DNA from: Eledone cirrhosa
Taxonomy: Eukaryota
Assembly (NCBI GenBank): GCA_964016885.1
Contig: OZ024746.1
Location: 17,980,001-18,044,000 of the forward strand
Length of the DNA: 64,000 nucleotides
Direction of reading: 5' to 3'
Of this stretch, positions 1 through 12,554 are shown in pieces. Each line of letters starts with the position of its first letter. The stretch's first letter is position 1. The notes under the pieces are model-generated. The model worked only from the letters and a program-made list of their open reading frames with translations, ran no database searches and was not told the origin of the DNA. The position numbers and the translations under genes are program-made.

Positions 1-90
1 ATATATATATATATATTATATATATCTTATTTATATATATATTATATATTATTTATATATATATATATTATATATATATTATATATATAT
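1..90. repeat. degenerate (TA)n microsatellite
   Basis: Direct reading. Confidence 0.9.
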
Positions 91-91
91 A

Positions 92-205
92 GTAATAATA
101 ATAAATTTGAAGACTAAAATCCAAAGAGGGCTCGATAAGAGATCCCGTTAACGGTGAAAGCAGCGATTTTTTGCTTAAACTTTAATCTGTTATTTTAATA
201 TATAT
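92..205 (-). mobile_element. fragment of a repeat also found at 50480-50578, probably Penelope-like terminal repeat
   Basis: Reverse complement ATTAAAATAACAGATTAAAGTTTAAGCAAA..AATCGCTGCTTTCA...CTTTGGATTTTAGTCTTCA matches 50484-50562, where it follows a hammerhead 3' half. Confidence 0.55.
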
Positions 206-1499
206 ATATAAGTGCAAACATTTTAGACTGATGGTTTTAATTCTAAATTATCGATGTGAATTGGATCACACGACTAAAGCCAAATAGGAAAAGAAAACTC
301 CCTTCATTTCTGATAATAAACTTAAGCGGATAGATACACGATCTTATACAAAGATATGGGCAAAATATTTCAATTACCCAAATCTGTCATGATTACGATT
401 ATATTGTAATTGTCAAAAATCGGAATGTTTGAATTAAATAGAAGAATAATATATAAACAGGTGTCCGGGGAAAAAAAATGAGGTTTTGTATCAAATACGA
501 AATAACTAATAATCATTTCGTATCTGGATATGTATCGTGTTATATATTTTTTCACTGTTCGATAAAGATGTCTAGTTTTGCAATGTGCAGTGTATTTAGT
601 CGGATAGAGCTGAATATTTTATGGATATGCATTCGTTGCTTGTGTTAGTAAATTGCTTAACCATATTGGACCGATGACCCAGTAGCTGAGATAAAATTAC
701 GTCGACACGTGAACTAGGACAGTGTGTAATAATTCTCCTCCAGATTCTTTTGCTTTCTCTGGATACACACACACACATATGCGCACATACTTGCATATAT
801 ATATATATGCGAGTATATATATAGACATACACGCACATAGAACGATAATTATTAAACGATTGACAAATATATTAACAGTCATGTCATATCGAAGTAATTT
901 AGAAATCTGATATGGAAAGAATTGAGTATTAATTAAAATTTATTTTTTAGCAATATTTTCTTGATGTAATCTCGATAAAAGTACATTTTTAGATATAAAC
1001 CGTATTGATTTCTGATGAAAACTTTCGTTCTGAACTTGCATAATCCACCACGATTAGATTACAGCCGATGTCTAGAATAATATTAATTGGATCTTTATCA
1101 AATCTTGTATCAGTTAAGGATAGTCTTTCGTTGTTTTAATGTTTGAAACTATCGATACACACTAAATTCAACATGACACTTCAAAATTCTCGTTGTTGCT
1201 AGTCATATATATGCTTTTAAAGAAGCTTCTTTATGTTGCATTTATTATACTGCCAACTTCAATTATGGTCTATATTTTTAAATACCTCAGTTAAGTAACC
1301 AAGCAGAAATTAACTACGTTAAATTTTTATAATGTATCGATTACATTCTACTTATATGTGGTTTGATGACCCCCCCCCCCCCCCACATGTATATAATATA
1401 TATATACACATACAATGCCCCGTGAAATGTCATTAATATATATTTACTGCAATGTATTGACTAGATGGTAAATGAGATGGAATTTTGTTCGTCTATAAT

Positions 1500-2060
1500 A
1501 GCATGTTCTGTGATGGCGCGGTATCGTATTACTGGCGAATTGGCTGTTGTTGATTTATTAACGTATAAAAACTGTTGAAGATTGAGTTGCTTTTCACTGT
1601 ACTAATAGGAAGTTTCTGTTAAATATTTCCTGTGAGATGTTACACGATTTCCTCTCCAGTTATCTTGAAGTAGAGAGACTGCTCTCAGCTGAGCGACCCT
1701 CTCGTCCTGCTTGGAATAGTAATGAAAGAGGTAGAGGGGGGGAGGTTTTAAGAACTTCATTAATGTCCAACATGGCGACACTTTCAAATAGCAACTGAGC
1801 TAAGACAGTGTGTGAGATCAGTAGCGAGAACATCGTTCCTGCCTCCTTCTCTTCCTCCTCCGCTGTTTGCCAGCCTATCTGAATTAATAACTGCAGCGAG
1901 TTCTAGGACATTACTAGTACACCTGCTTCATTTCATTTCGTTTCATTCTGCTCTGCCGTCGTTAAGAATTGTCGTATATTTACACGAGTTCTCTCTAAAT
2001 ATCGCTTAACATGCCATCCCACACCTATTCTCTTACCTGAAACTCTCTTAGATGATTTTA
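1500..2060 (+). promoter_or_regulatory. putative promoter / first exon (5' UTR) of the host gene
   Basis: Apparently non-repetitive, locally GC- and CpG-richer. YY1-type AACATGGCG at 1769-1777 also opens a short ORF MATLSNSN* (1772-1798). CpG frequency drops after about 2.4 kb. Strand inferred from downstream + strand exons. Confidence 0.5.
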
Positions 2061-4664
2061 TTATATTTTTCTGATATGCATTATATTTTTTTATTATTTA
2101 AATGGGAAATTTAGGTATTTCCATTTGATGCTAATGTTTCGTTACTAAAATGAAAGTTAATCCATTGAAATTTTATTTCCTTGTAATATACGGAATTATT
2201 TCGTGCAAATTATAAAGTGAAATTAAAATCACATGTTCTTTTTCCAATCAAAGTTCTCTTTTTATTATGTCGCACTAGTATTGACTCCAATTTGGGAACT
2301 ATTTCAACATATTTCCTCCTAAACCTTTAGGTATTTAGGGGAAATATTTCCCCGTACCAAACTGACCTGCCCCTATCCTCTTTGGCAACACGAGACTGAT
2401 GTGATTATAATAATATATGCAATATTGCCGATATGAACTTTATGCTGTTTTTTAACAGAAATGTTTTTATGTCTGGCAAGTTTTAGAATAAAATAGCAAA
2501 AACAAGAGTATTTAAGGGAAAAGGGATTAATTATTTAATGTTATGTTCTACATTGTACTTATTGTCTTGTGTTACTGGTGAATTTCCAAAGTTATTTACA
2601 ATTCTTTAATTGATCAAAACTGCTTTTTTTTAATCATATGACCTTGAAAACTTTCTCAATTGAGTTTTATTGGTCGTCTAGAATAATTTTCCATTCAAAC
2701 CGTTTTAGCTTTCTTAATGAAATCAGCTGAAGGTTTGGAAACCCAAATGATAATTGGGAGATCCATTTCTAGTAATATTACTCAAGCTATCAATAATCAT
2801 TTTAATAGTAGGTGACACCAAGAGTTGTCAAACTCTTTTTAGTTAGAAGAGAAAGTCTATTAAAGTTGCAAAAAGGTATAAAGTTTTTATGGATAAAAGG
2901 AGATAGTGGAAATAGATAGCTTGAATAACCAATGGAAATTCAGAATATATTGCTCTATTGATATTTAAAGGTTGAAATGAAGTAAATTTTCTTTTTAATT
3001 ATTAGAGATATTAGGATTTATCAACTAAATACACAACCTCATACCAGAAAGCTATGTAAAATTATCTTGTAACAGCTCTAACAGTGATGAATGAACCCTT
3101 TGATGTCAACCCACCTGAAATTGCCCCTGGTTCTGTTATATAGAACTGCCTATTTTAAAGTGTAAAACTTTGACACAATTTTACGTCTGAACTTAATAAG
3201 TTATATTCCAAACAGTAACTTGACTAGGTGCTAGTTTCATTTGGGCTTGTATACTACTAAAATAGTGTTGTTCAAAATATTTTGTTCTGTTGGAAATTTC
3301 AATATATTTGAAGAAAACATAAATTCATTTTATGTATTGAACTGACTAATTATTATCCAGTAATGTAATTTGTGGGACATTAAGCTTGTATTAGTAATCT
3401 ACCATCAAATATTTATTTACAACTTTATGAATTTAAATAGTGAAAGTGCAATTTAAGATGGCAGCTGTGAAATTGTACTGACACCATGAAGTATAATGTG
3501 TAAATAAAGTACTCTTTCTTTAGACACGAGAAGAAAACCACTGCAGTGCTGAATTAATTATTATATTACATGGTTCAAGATAATGTGTAGAAGTAGTGTT
3601 AAGGGTTTCACATTCAAAGTTTTAAAGATGAAGTTAATGTCATATACATTTCATGATATGTAAAAGGATACTTATATGCTTCAATTTTTTTTTTTTTTAC
3701 TACATTTTGTAGTGATTATCAAAATTTACTGGGGCAGACACAGGCTCAATAAATCACAGTGAAGACAACCTGTCTAGGAAAGCAGTAACTTCATATAAAA
3801 ATTGCGCAGTGGACATGAGGTCTCCATAAGTCATAAAAAGCAACCCAGCTAGGAAAGCAATCACTCTGTATAAAAAAACAATCTTTAAGTTCTGAGAGAC
3901 AACCTTTCTAGTGCTAGCCGCATGAAAAAATGCACTCAGATATGGTTTACAGAGAAAAACATGCCTAAAATATATCATCATCAAATCTTGCCACAGTCTA
4001 ATTTGCCTTTCCTTTCAACATTGATAAAGTACCAGTCCGATAGTGGGGTCAATTTTTCCTTTATCTCTCTCTCTCTAGGAGAAATCAGTTATGTTCAAAC
4101 ATGGCAAGTGATGGGTTCCACCAGGTTTTAAAAATGCCCAAAACATGCCTATTGTCAGGATGGCAACTCTACAAGGAGTTAACTGCCATGATAAAATGTA
4201 CCCAGTACACATTGTAAAATTGTTTGCACTAGGAAGAGCACCCAGCTGCAGAAACCATGCCAAACTGGAATGTCTGTGGGGAACAGGATGGAAAATTATT
4301 TTTTTTAGAGGAAAAGCTACCTTTCTTATTGCTAATCATTCATCTATAAAGTGGGAGTGGCAGCTATTTTCAGCTAGACAGATTGAAGGTAAACAGATTA
4401 ATGAAAATTGCATAGGAGGAGCACAATAAAAATAACATCTGTTGGAGGTCATTGATCTTTAGTTAGAGAGATCCAATAAGTGTTAGACAACAAGAATCAT
4501 AACAGGTGTTCATTTTAATGAGAAACCACCTCTTTAGTGTAGGAAGTTTATCTCAATTACATGAAGTATTGAGTTCCTTGGTTATACTATATAGATTATT
4601 GAAATTAACCATGATTGTTCTATTTTGCTAGTGTTGATTTATTATAATTCTATGACTGTCAAAA

Positions 4665-4870
4665 AGGGTGGTGGATTGGAAGTAATCTATAGAGCTTAAC
4701 ATGGTTACATCTCTTTATGTTCTGATTTCAAATACCATGGAGTTTAGCTTTGCCTTTCATCCTTATAGGGGGTCTATAAAATGAAGCACCAATAATGCAT
4801 TGAGGTCGATTTAATCAACTTTCCTCTCCCACCAAATTGTTGGTTTTGTACCTAAATTTGAAACTATTCT
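4665..4870 (+). mobile_element. decayed tRNA-derived SINE, family A
   Basis: Family core TTTGCCTTTCATCC...GGGGTC.ATAAAAT.AAG.ACCA shared with about 10 copies in the window. Confidence 0.7.
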
Positions 4871-5340
4871 GTCAAAAAATCACAGAACCCTTCAATGATT
4901 TTCTAAAAATCATTGAATCCATATCTATATAAATTCCTAATTTTAATAAGACTAAATATAATTTTAAAAAAGAGATTTTTCTAAACTAAAATGTCCCACA
5001 ATTTGTCATTACAGTTAATGTAATAGATTGGTAAAGAAAGGGAGAAAATCTAAGGCATTTTAAAGGTCATAAGTCTTTCTTTCTCATGGGTGGATCATAT
5101 AAAAGCAAACTGTTTGGATTTATGTAAAAAGAATTTCAGAGATAGATTTGTTTCTTTTATCACAAGCTTTAATGTATTGTATCTTGTCTAGAGCCAGTAA
5201 AAGTTGTTAAACAGGCTTCATTTGTTTTTCTATTTTCAGCAGTTCCCTTTCAACATATCTAATTTCTAATACCATTTTAATACCATTTGTTTAACCTATC
5301 TGAATTCACATAAAAAAAAAACCCAGAGGAAGCTCTAAAG

Positions 5341-5560
5341 CAACAATTTCCAAACTTATTTTATTTCTGAACTCATACCTTTATTTTACAGGCAATCCAT
5401 TTTAATTTTCTTAAGATGTTAAACGAAAAATCATTTATTCATATTAACAGGAAAAAAAAATTAATTTCATAAAAATTCACATTACATTATTTCACAGAAC
5501 CTCAGAATTATTTTTCATGAAACCCTAGTGTTCTTCAGAATCCCCTTTTCAGTAACATTG
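5341..5560. mobile_element. decayed hAT-type MITE
   Basis: Left end CAACAATTTCCAAAC; CTCTAAAG on both flanks (5333-5340, 5563-5570). Confidence 0.45.
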
Positions 5561-6434
5561 CTCTCTAAAGTAAAATGATGATCACAATTGTTTTAATCTG
5601 GAAAGGGACAAACATTGAAACAAGCAGTCCATGTTAATAATAGCTCATTACCTGACCAGCCATTTTTCTCCTAACAACTTGTGTACTTCTAACATGAATT
5701 TGCAACTTATTCTCCTTCTAACAGTAACCACTTCTGTTATTTTTATGTTAATTTTGAGAGGAAATAACTTGTAGACTATGAAAGAACTCTTGAAATTGAA
5801 AACTGCAAAATTAAATCACCTTATGGCAGTGAATAATATTTTCTGTGAAATCAGTAGAATTTTCATAGACTGCTGAAAGTTAAACTAGAATTTTTATAGT
5901 ATCACACTTTTGAATTCAAATCTGAAAATAATTGTTTTTACATTTTCAACATTTTCATTTTGAATTCAAATCTGGAAATAATTCGTTTTTACATTTCAAT
6001 TATTATATTATATAAATAAGTTAAATTGTTGAAATATACCCCCCCCCCCCCCCCCCCGATATGTCTGTTTTAGTAGTTAGTATAGTTTGCCTTTTTGAAG
6101 AGTTGAAAGTTAGTAATTGTTTGAAATACTTATATATTCACTGGGAATATCAAGTGGGGGTATATAGTATATAGGTATTGTAGATTTTCATAAGGATTTT
6201 CAATAACTTTTGGATATGTTATTTCTTGCTGATTGTAGCCTACTACGTGGGCAATTCTGTGGCTCACTGCAATGGAATGGTTATTTGTGTTGGGTAATAT
6301 ATGTTCCACATGCACAAATTCATTGCCTTATTTTATTTGTTTCCTAGTGATTGTTACGCTGAATGTATTATTGCAATACATTTACAGATTGTTTCAGTTT
6401 TCCACTGTTGGAGATGGTAATTACTATATCATTC

Positions 6435-6722
6435 TGATGGCAAATTGACAGTCATTAGAATGCTATGCGGTTTCATTTTGGCTTTCTACTCTCTGAGTTC
6501 AAATCCCACTGAAGTCAACTTTGCTTGTCATCCTTCCGAGGTCAATAAAAAAAGTACCAGTCTAGAACTGGGGGGGTTGATTCTTCCTCTATATCTCTCT
6601 CACTTTCTATCCTTCTCTGGAAGAAATCTGCTGTGTTCAGATATGGAGAGGAGATGGACTCCCCCAGGTTAAAAAATTGTCTAAGCACCCCTATGACACC
6701 ACTAGGAGTTAAAGGATCACTA
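6435..6722 (+). mobile_element. SINE family A, subfamily with GGAAGAAATCTGCTG tail
   Basis: B-box-like GAGTTCAAATCC, family core, tail shared with copies at 10584, 23035 and 45520. Confidence 0.75.
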
Positions 6723-7559
6723 TATCATCAGTCTAACTAACATTCAAAATTATTTGTTGACCTATGTTCTAGTCTATGGTATGGAATGCATCACATGGCC
6801 TAAACGTCTCATTTGTGACTTGCACCTCTTTCAAAACTGTTATACACCTTATGACAAGCTATAAACTGATCACAAATGCATTACTGACATTGGGGCTATG
6901 TTCAGCCTTACCCCCATCGAAGCATTAAGTTATATTTTTGAGGATTTGACATAATTAGGTGTCAGAGTAATGACTTTATTATATCCTGTTATTAGTACTG
7001 TGCTGAATTTCTGTTTAACTTGTAGAACAAATTGAAGCAGAATGCCAACTGAATTACATTTGACAATCAGTTTGATGGTTAAGATTAGACCATCTTATCA
7101 GAATAACAAGAGGTGCATATTCAAATTCATATCAGGCTTTTCTATTTTTACTTAATTCATCAAGATTTTTGGTATTCCTTAGATTTTCATTATGCAGCTA
7201 AGAAGGCAATAATTGAAGCTTTTAAAACCTTGTCATAAATAATTATTGAATTATTTTCTTAGATAAGGTACATGGCAATATTTGCTTAACATCGTCAATA
7301 TCACAGTTCTTATTTCTTTAGACTAGGCAGCTTATAGGGAAGTAAAGTGTTGTTCAGTGTATCAAAACAGTATATTACTGGTACTTATTTTGTGCAAGAA
7401 ACACAGTTGATTTTAGCAACATGTCAAGATAGTAAACTGGATTGTAAAATTTTCCACCATAACGTTTTATTATCTTGGCCATCTTTGATTTTTAAAAAAT
7501 ATATAATGGTCAGAAATTATTTTGCTTTATATTCAGTTGCATGCCTATTGTAAATTTAA

Positions 7560-7739
7560 CCCTTTTGATAGCAGCCCAGCCAAAACCATCCCTGTTTCTA
7601 TGAAAGAAAACCACCCATTTCAAACAATTCCTATATCTTTCGACATGATATTATACAAGAACAATATTTTAAGTTTTCATATTAGGCACAAAATAATTAA
7701 TCATTTAAGTAAATCCATAAAAATACTGTAATGAAAGGG
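7560..7739. mobile_element. piggyBac-type MITE
   Basis: TTAA|CCCTTT...AAAGGG|TTAA termini. Confidence 0.7.
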
Positions 7740-8417
7740 TTAAACAATGAACCTTCTCATTTATTTTCTCTAATTTCCAATTAATGTTTCTATAATACAG
7801 AGTTGGCACTCTCATTATTGTAACATTTATTTACCATTGTGGCATGAATTAGCCTGATTTGCAACCCATCTGTTTATGTCATAATTATACATTATTTCAT
7901 CTGTAAAGTCAAATGTTGGTCTCAGCTTTGGGACATTTTCAAAAGTCTTATCTTATATATGGAGTACCTACTGCAAAACTTCTGCTTGGCATGCATCCTT
8001 CATTTGCATTATGCCAGTTATAGCATTGTCATTTCTCTTGCATACATTAGCCAATATCTTTGATGCCTGGTAGCCTTTTTCAACTTCCTGCTTATGTTAT
8101 GAACAAATTTCACTTTTCTGAACTTCATTGATCAGTTACTTCTCTAGACATTAGGCCATCCTTAGTTCTTTTATACATTATTTAGGTAGCTAAATTGATT
8201 TTCCTACCACTTATCAAGTGATTTAGTTCATCAGGTTAAGTGATGTCTCCTGCATTGACTACAAAGTATTGGGGTCATTTCTACTTCTTTCTTGTATTTA
8301 AAATCTGACTGTTGCTTTTATGTTGTAGAGATAGTAATCCTTTCTATTAACAAGGACCTTAATCTCAGGGTCTTTTAAACATTTTTTTTATTTGACTTTT
8401 GGTACTTCTCCTTTGGA

Positions 8418-8650
8418 AGGCGGCAAATTGGCAGTCATTAGAACGTCAGATAGAATGCTTTGCAGTATTCGTTTCGACTCTCTGCTCTCTGAGTTCAAAT
8501 CTTGCTGAGGTCAACTTTGCCTTTCATCCATTCAAAGTTGATAAAAAAAAGTACCAATCAAGTACTTGGGTTGCTTCTTCCTCTATATCTTTCTCACTTC
8601 CCATGTCAATACGGCACCCCTGCAACTACCTCAGGAGTTACAGGACTATG
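8418..8650 (+). mobile_element. SINE family A
   Basis: GGCGGCAAATTGGCAG head, GAGTTCAAATC B-box, family core. Confidence 0.75.
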
Positions 8651-8988
8651 CATGTAATTCTCCTTTGAGATTTGAACTCCTTTCTTAGTCCTTTGGGGTA
8701 TTCTGTATTCAAAACTAGTTTGATCTGAATGCAGAAATTCTTCAAAGGATTGAGCTTTCTACTACTTCATAATAACTTTTATATTAGAATGAAGAACAAT
8801 GTTGGACATTGTGTTAGTGGATACTCATTATGTATACACTAAATTCATTGCTGATACTTTTATTTATAGATCAAGGTCTGAACTGTCTTTCAGTAATCAT
8901 TTGGACTCCTACATTGGGAACTTGCTCAATACCCATCAGTTGCAGAGCATAAGATGAACATTCTCTTGGATAATTTAAATCCCACACT

Positions 8989-9182
8989 TACCATATATAT
9001 CAAATGTAAGCCGACCCCACTATTTTATGTCTGAGAAACGTGCAAAAATCCAAACCTTATTTACGTAGAATTTGAAGTTGGTGAAAATCATCAAAATTTT
9101 GACCCCGAATATAAGCCAACCTCCTTCTACCATTAATATTTTTGGTCCCATATTCCTCAGCTTATATTTCAGTATATACTGT
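8989..9182. mobile_element. pogo/Tigger-type (Tc1/mariner superfamily) MITE
   Basis: Degenerate inverted termini TACCATATATATCAAATGTAAGCCG...CAGCTTATATTTCAGTATATAC; homologous to 17281-17777. Confidence 0.6.
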
Positions 9183-9689
9183 TGTTTTCCATTAGATCTC
9201 TAGATATACCACTCTATTTTCATTTGTTTCTTTTTATAGAGTTATTGTTGTTTTATCTACTATCTTCATATTGAGAGGACCTCCTCTGTTATAACCATTG
9301 TATCATCAACACAAAATGTTGTAAATTGTTAATATTATAGAAATCAAATTTGTGAATATAATAACCATATTTGATCAGCTATACACATCTGGACATTGGT
9401 GTCAAGTATATTTGAAAATGTTTGGTAATTCTATCTAAATTCTTTGCAAGCAGGGAAAAGCAGATGTAAAATGATGATGATGATTAAGCATTTTGAATGA
9501 CTTTTTATTAAGAACCAGAATACATAAAAAACAAAACAAATATTGCTCCAAGAATTATAGCCTGATTGTATTGAGGGAAGAAAAATGAAAAAGAGAATTG
9601 TTTAGTGAGTTAAATGGTTATATTGTGGTTGGGTTTTGGTTGCTGCTTACAATGCAGAGGAGAGGAAGATGAACAAATACTAGGGCTTC

Positions 9690-9960
9690 ACCAACCACTT
9701 CCTTTTTGTATAGGTTGCTGTTGAGACCTCTTGGGGTCTCGGACCCCACACTGCTGATTTGTTCTATAAATTTGGAAAGACAGCAGCCTGCCTGAGGAAG
9801 GAGCCCCATGAGGCGAGGTTGCTGTTGCAGTGGGTGTCGCTGGCCATTCTTTGTAGCAATGCTTTTGCCGTTCTGTCTACAATGCACAGCCAAATCACTG
9901 CTCAGACTGGAGTGCAGAGTTTGTACCTCCCTCTCTCGATTTCTTTTGTTGCCAAATTCT
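9690..9960. repeat. unclassified interspersed repeat, copy 1
   Basis: Blocks TTGAGACCT, AAGACAGCA.CCTGC, GCTGTTGCAGTGGGTGT, CTGGCCATTCT, TGCTCAGACTGG shared with 18465-18650. Confidence 0.6.
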
Positions 9961-10583
9961 TGTTTTTCTTTTTCTTCCCTTTTTTTTTTGTTTACTTTAA
10001 ATATTTCCCTCTCCTGAATGACACTGGTGTCATACATTAAAAGTCCCTGACATATGCCACTTTTATCATTCGATTAAAATCTCCCTTTCTGAATGAAACT
10101 ATTCAATAATGACTAAATTGCACTTAAGTGAGTCCACATATTGGAGTAAAACTAAATGCTTCATTTTCCTTATTTTCATCTAAATGTAATGAAAAAACTT
10201 CTATAATTAGTTTAATTATTTTCATGGTGTGTTTAACATTTAGAGTTTGGTGAGGAGTGTTTCATATAAAATACTAATATAACGTATTTAGAATAACATC
10301 TCTGAACAGTTTCTGTTGTTTGGAAATATAGAGTTAGGTTAGGAACAAATGTATTTTTTTAATGAATTCATATAAAGGTTAGCTAATTAATGAAAATAAG
10401 ATGCAATGTGTTGTATATTGTTGCTATCCCTAGCTAGAAGAAAGTTATACATCATACCCATGGATGGAAGCTGAGACTATCTGAGACAGTTTGGCCAGAG
10501 TTTATGATTGGGTCATTTTGCTTTACACTAAGAAACCTCAATTTAAAAAAAATACCTATATTCAGAGGGATTTTTTAATGCAA

Positions 10584-10880
10584 TGTATGTATGGTCCCAT
10601 AAATCCTGAAGGAGTTGTAGGGGCACCGCATTGACATATTGCATTAGTAGGACATTTTAAAACCTGGTGGTGTCCATCCCTCTCCAGGTCTGAATACAGC
10701 AGATTTCTTCCAGAGAAAGATAGAGAGTGAGAGAATGGAAATGAGGTAGATATATAGAGGAAGAATCAACCTAGTACTAGACTGGTACTTTTTTATTGAC
10801 CTCGGTGGCATTTGAACTCAGAGAGCTAGAATGAATACCACAAAGCATTCTATCTGATGCTTTGATTTGCTAATTGGTTG
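10584..10880 (-). mobile_element. SINE family A, tailed subfamily
   Basis: Reverse-complement match to 6435-6722. Confidence 0.7.
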
Positions 10881-10928
10881 CCTTATTTTTATGCCATAAA
10901 AACCAACAAATAAGATATATATATATAT

Positions 10929-11267
10929 GGAGGCACATGGCTTAGTGGTTAGAGCATTGGCCTTGCAATCGAAAGGTTGTGAGTTCAATTCTCGGACCGG
11001 GTGATGTGTTGTTTCCTTGAGCAAGACACTTTATTTCACATTGCTCCAGTTTACTCAGCTGTAGAAATGAGATGATAGGGACTGGGGTCCCTATCATTCC
11101 ACTACAGAGTGGTCGTGGAGGTGCCACGGAAAAAAGGCACCCAGCACTCACTGTAAATGAGGTTGGTGTTAGGAAGGGCATCCAGCTGTAGAAATCAAGC
11201 CAGAATCAGTTCCCGTCCCACCCTTGCAAGCAGGGAAAAGCGAACGTAAAATGATGATGATGATGAT
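10929..11267 (+). mobile_element. full-length tRNA-derived SINE with RTE 3' tail (family B)
   Basis: A-box TGGCTTAGTGG, B-box GAGTTCAATTC, 3' end almost identical to the RTE LINE end at 41868-41917, (ATG)n tail, starts next to (TA)n. Confidence 0.9.
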
Positions 11268-11631
11268 AGTTGAGTATTCTCATTTTGTTACATGAAAGTA
11301 CTTCACAAATTGATATAACCAACTGAATGTAATAAAATAGAGTTATGAAGTTGGTTAGAAAGTATGGTTGAAGTAGAGGTTTATTAGATGTGTGTCACAG
11401 GTACTATCTAGGTGTGTTGGAAAATTCATTCAAATCTGACAGATTTTTTTTTACCAATATTTGGCTGTGAAGTATAGTTGACAGCTGCTGACATATGATA
11501 TTTAATCACTTATTAAGTTTTATATGCAACACAAAATTAATGTCATAAAAAATATTTATAAAAAGTATATCATCAATGTATAAAAGTTTGGAAACTTCTG
11601 GTTTGGAGCAGCATTACAATAAGTTTTAACA

Positions 11632-11960
11632 GCATCATCATTGTTTTTCCAACTGTTTTCCACACTTGCATGGGTTGGTCAGGTCCTTTTCTCTCCACTC
11701 ATTGCATTCCTTTGTCATCTCCTCTATAAGTCTCAACAATTTGAGATCAGTTCTCACCTCCTCCACCCAGGTCTTCTTTAGTTTACTTCTAATGCAGTTT
11801 CCTTCCATTGGGATTTCCTGACACTTCTTCACCCAGCGATCATCGTCCATGCACATCACATGTTTGTACAATTGTAGTCCTCTCTCTGGCACACCTCCTC
11901 TGATTCTTTTTATACTTAGTTTTTCTCTCATTTCATCCAAGCTCTGCCTTTCTTCAACAT
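11632..11960 (-). mobile_element. RTE LINE 3' fragment
   Basis: Translates to ...YKHVMCMDDDRWVKKCQEIPMEG...KTWVEEVRTDLK, matching the C-terminus of the 40895-41902 ORF; (ATG)n-like tail. Confidence 0.85.
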
Positions 11961-12554
11961 TGTAGTTGTTAAATAGTAAGTCAGTTTAAATAAGCTGATC
12001 CCAAATACTTAGAGAGAAAGAGAGAAAAATGTAAATCATTTTCGTATAAGATTTGAACACAATGTAGCTGCTTAATGCTGTCTTGCCTGGTTGAGTGTCC
12101 TGTTATTGAGATTAGTTTGTGAAATCCTAAAATAAGGTTTCTTCAATCATGGTTTGGTTAAATGAAATAATATTTCTAAAATCACCTCTAGCAATGTGCT
12201 GTATAATCACCAGGGTTGTTAATTAAGAATTGTGCTTTGATCTACTCTTGGATTAATGGTATAAACTTCACACTAGTACATTTTGCTATGATGCTTTGAG
12301 GGGATTTGTGTTCTTTTGATCTATTTGCTAAATCCTGTTATCATACCTTAGAGAAGCTTTCCTATTTAGACCTGTCAGCACTGATCATGAAATAACTGAA
12401 GTATTAACTCTTAACCTAATGTTGGACGTGTATTTAGGATTTAGGTGATTCAAAACCAAGATGGTTCAGTAACAGTCGGCAACTTTCATTTTTCATTTTG
12501 CTGTTTTGTTGTGTAGAAAGAATTAAATGAAATATTGAAAGAACTGCTCAAGAT

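Noticed and set aside
596-910. Short overlapping ORFs near the window start and similar 60-100 aa ORFs elsewhere
   Set aside because: Low-complexity or chance ORFs, many starting at GTG/TTG, with no domain signal.
10929-11000. tRNA gene
   Set aside because: A and B boxes are present but there is no full cloverleaf or terminator, and it continues into SINE body; it is a SINE head.
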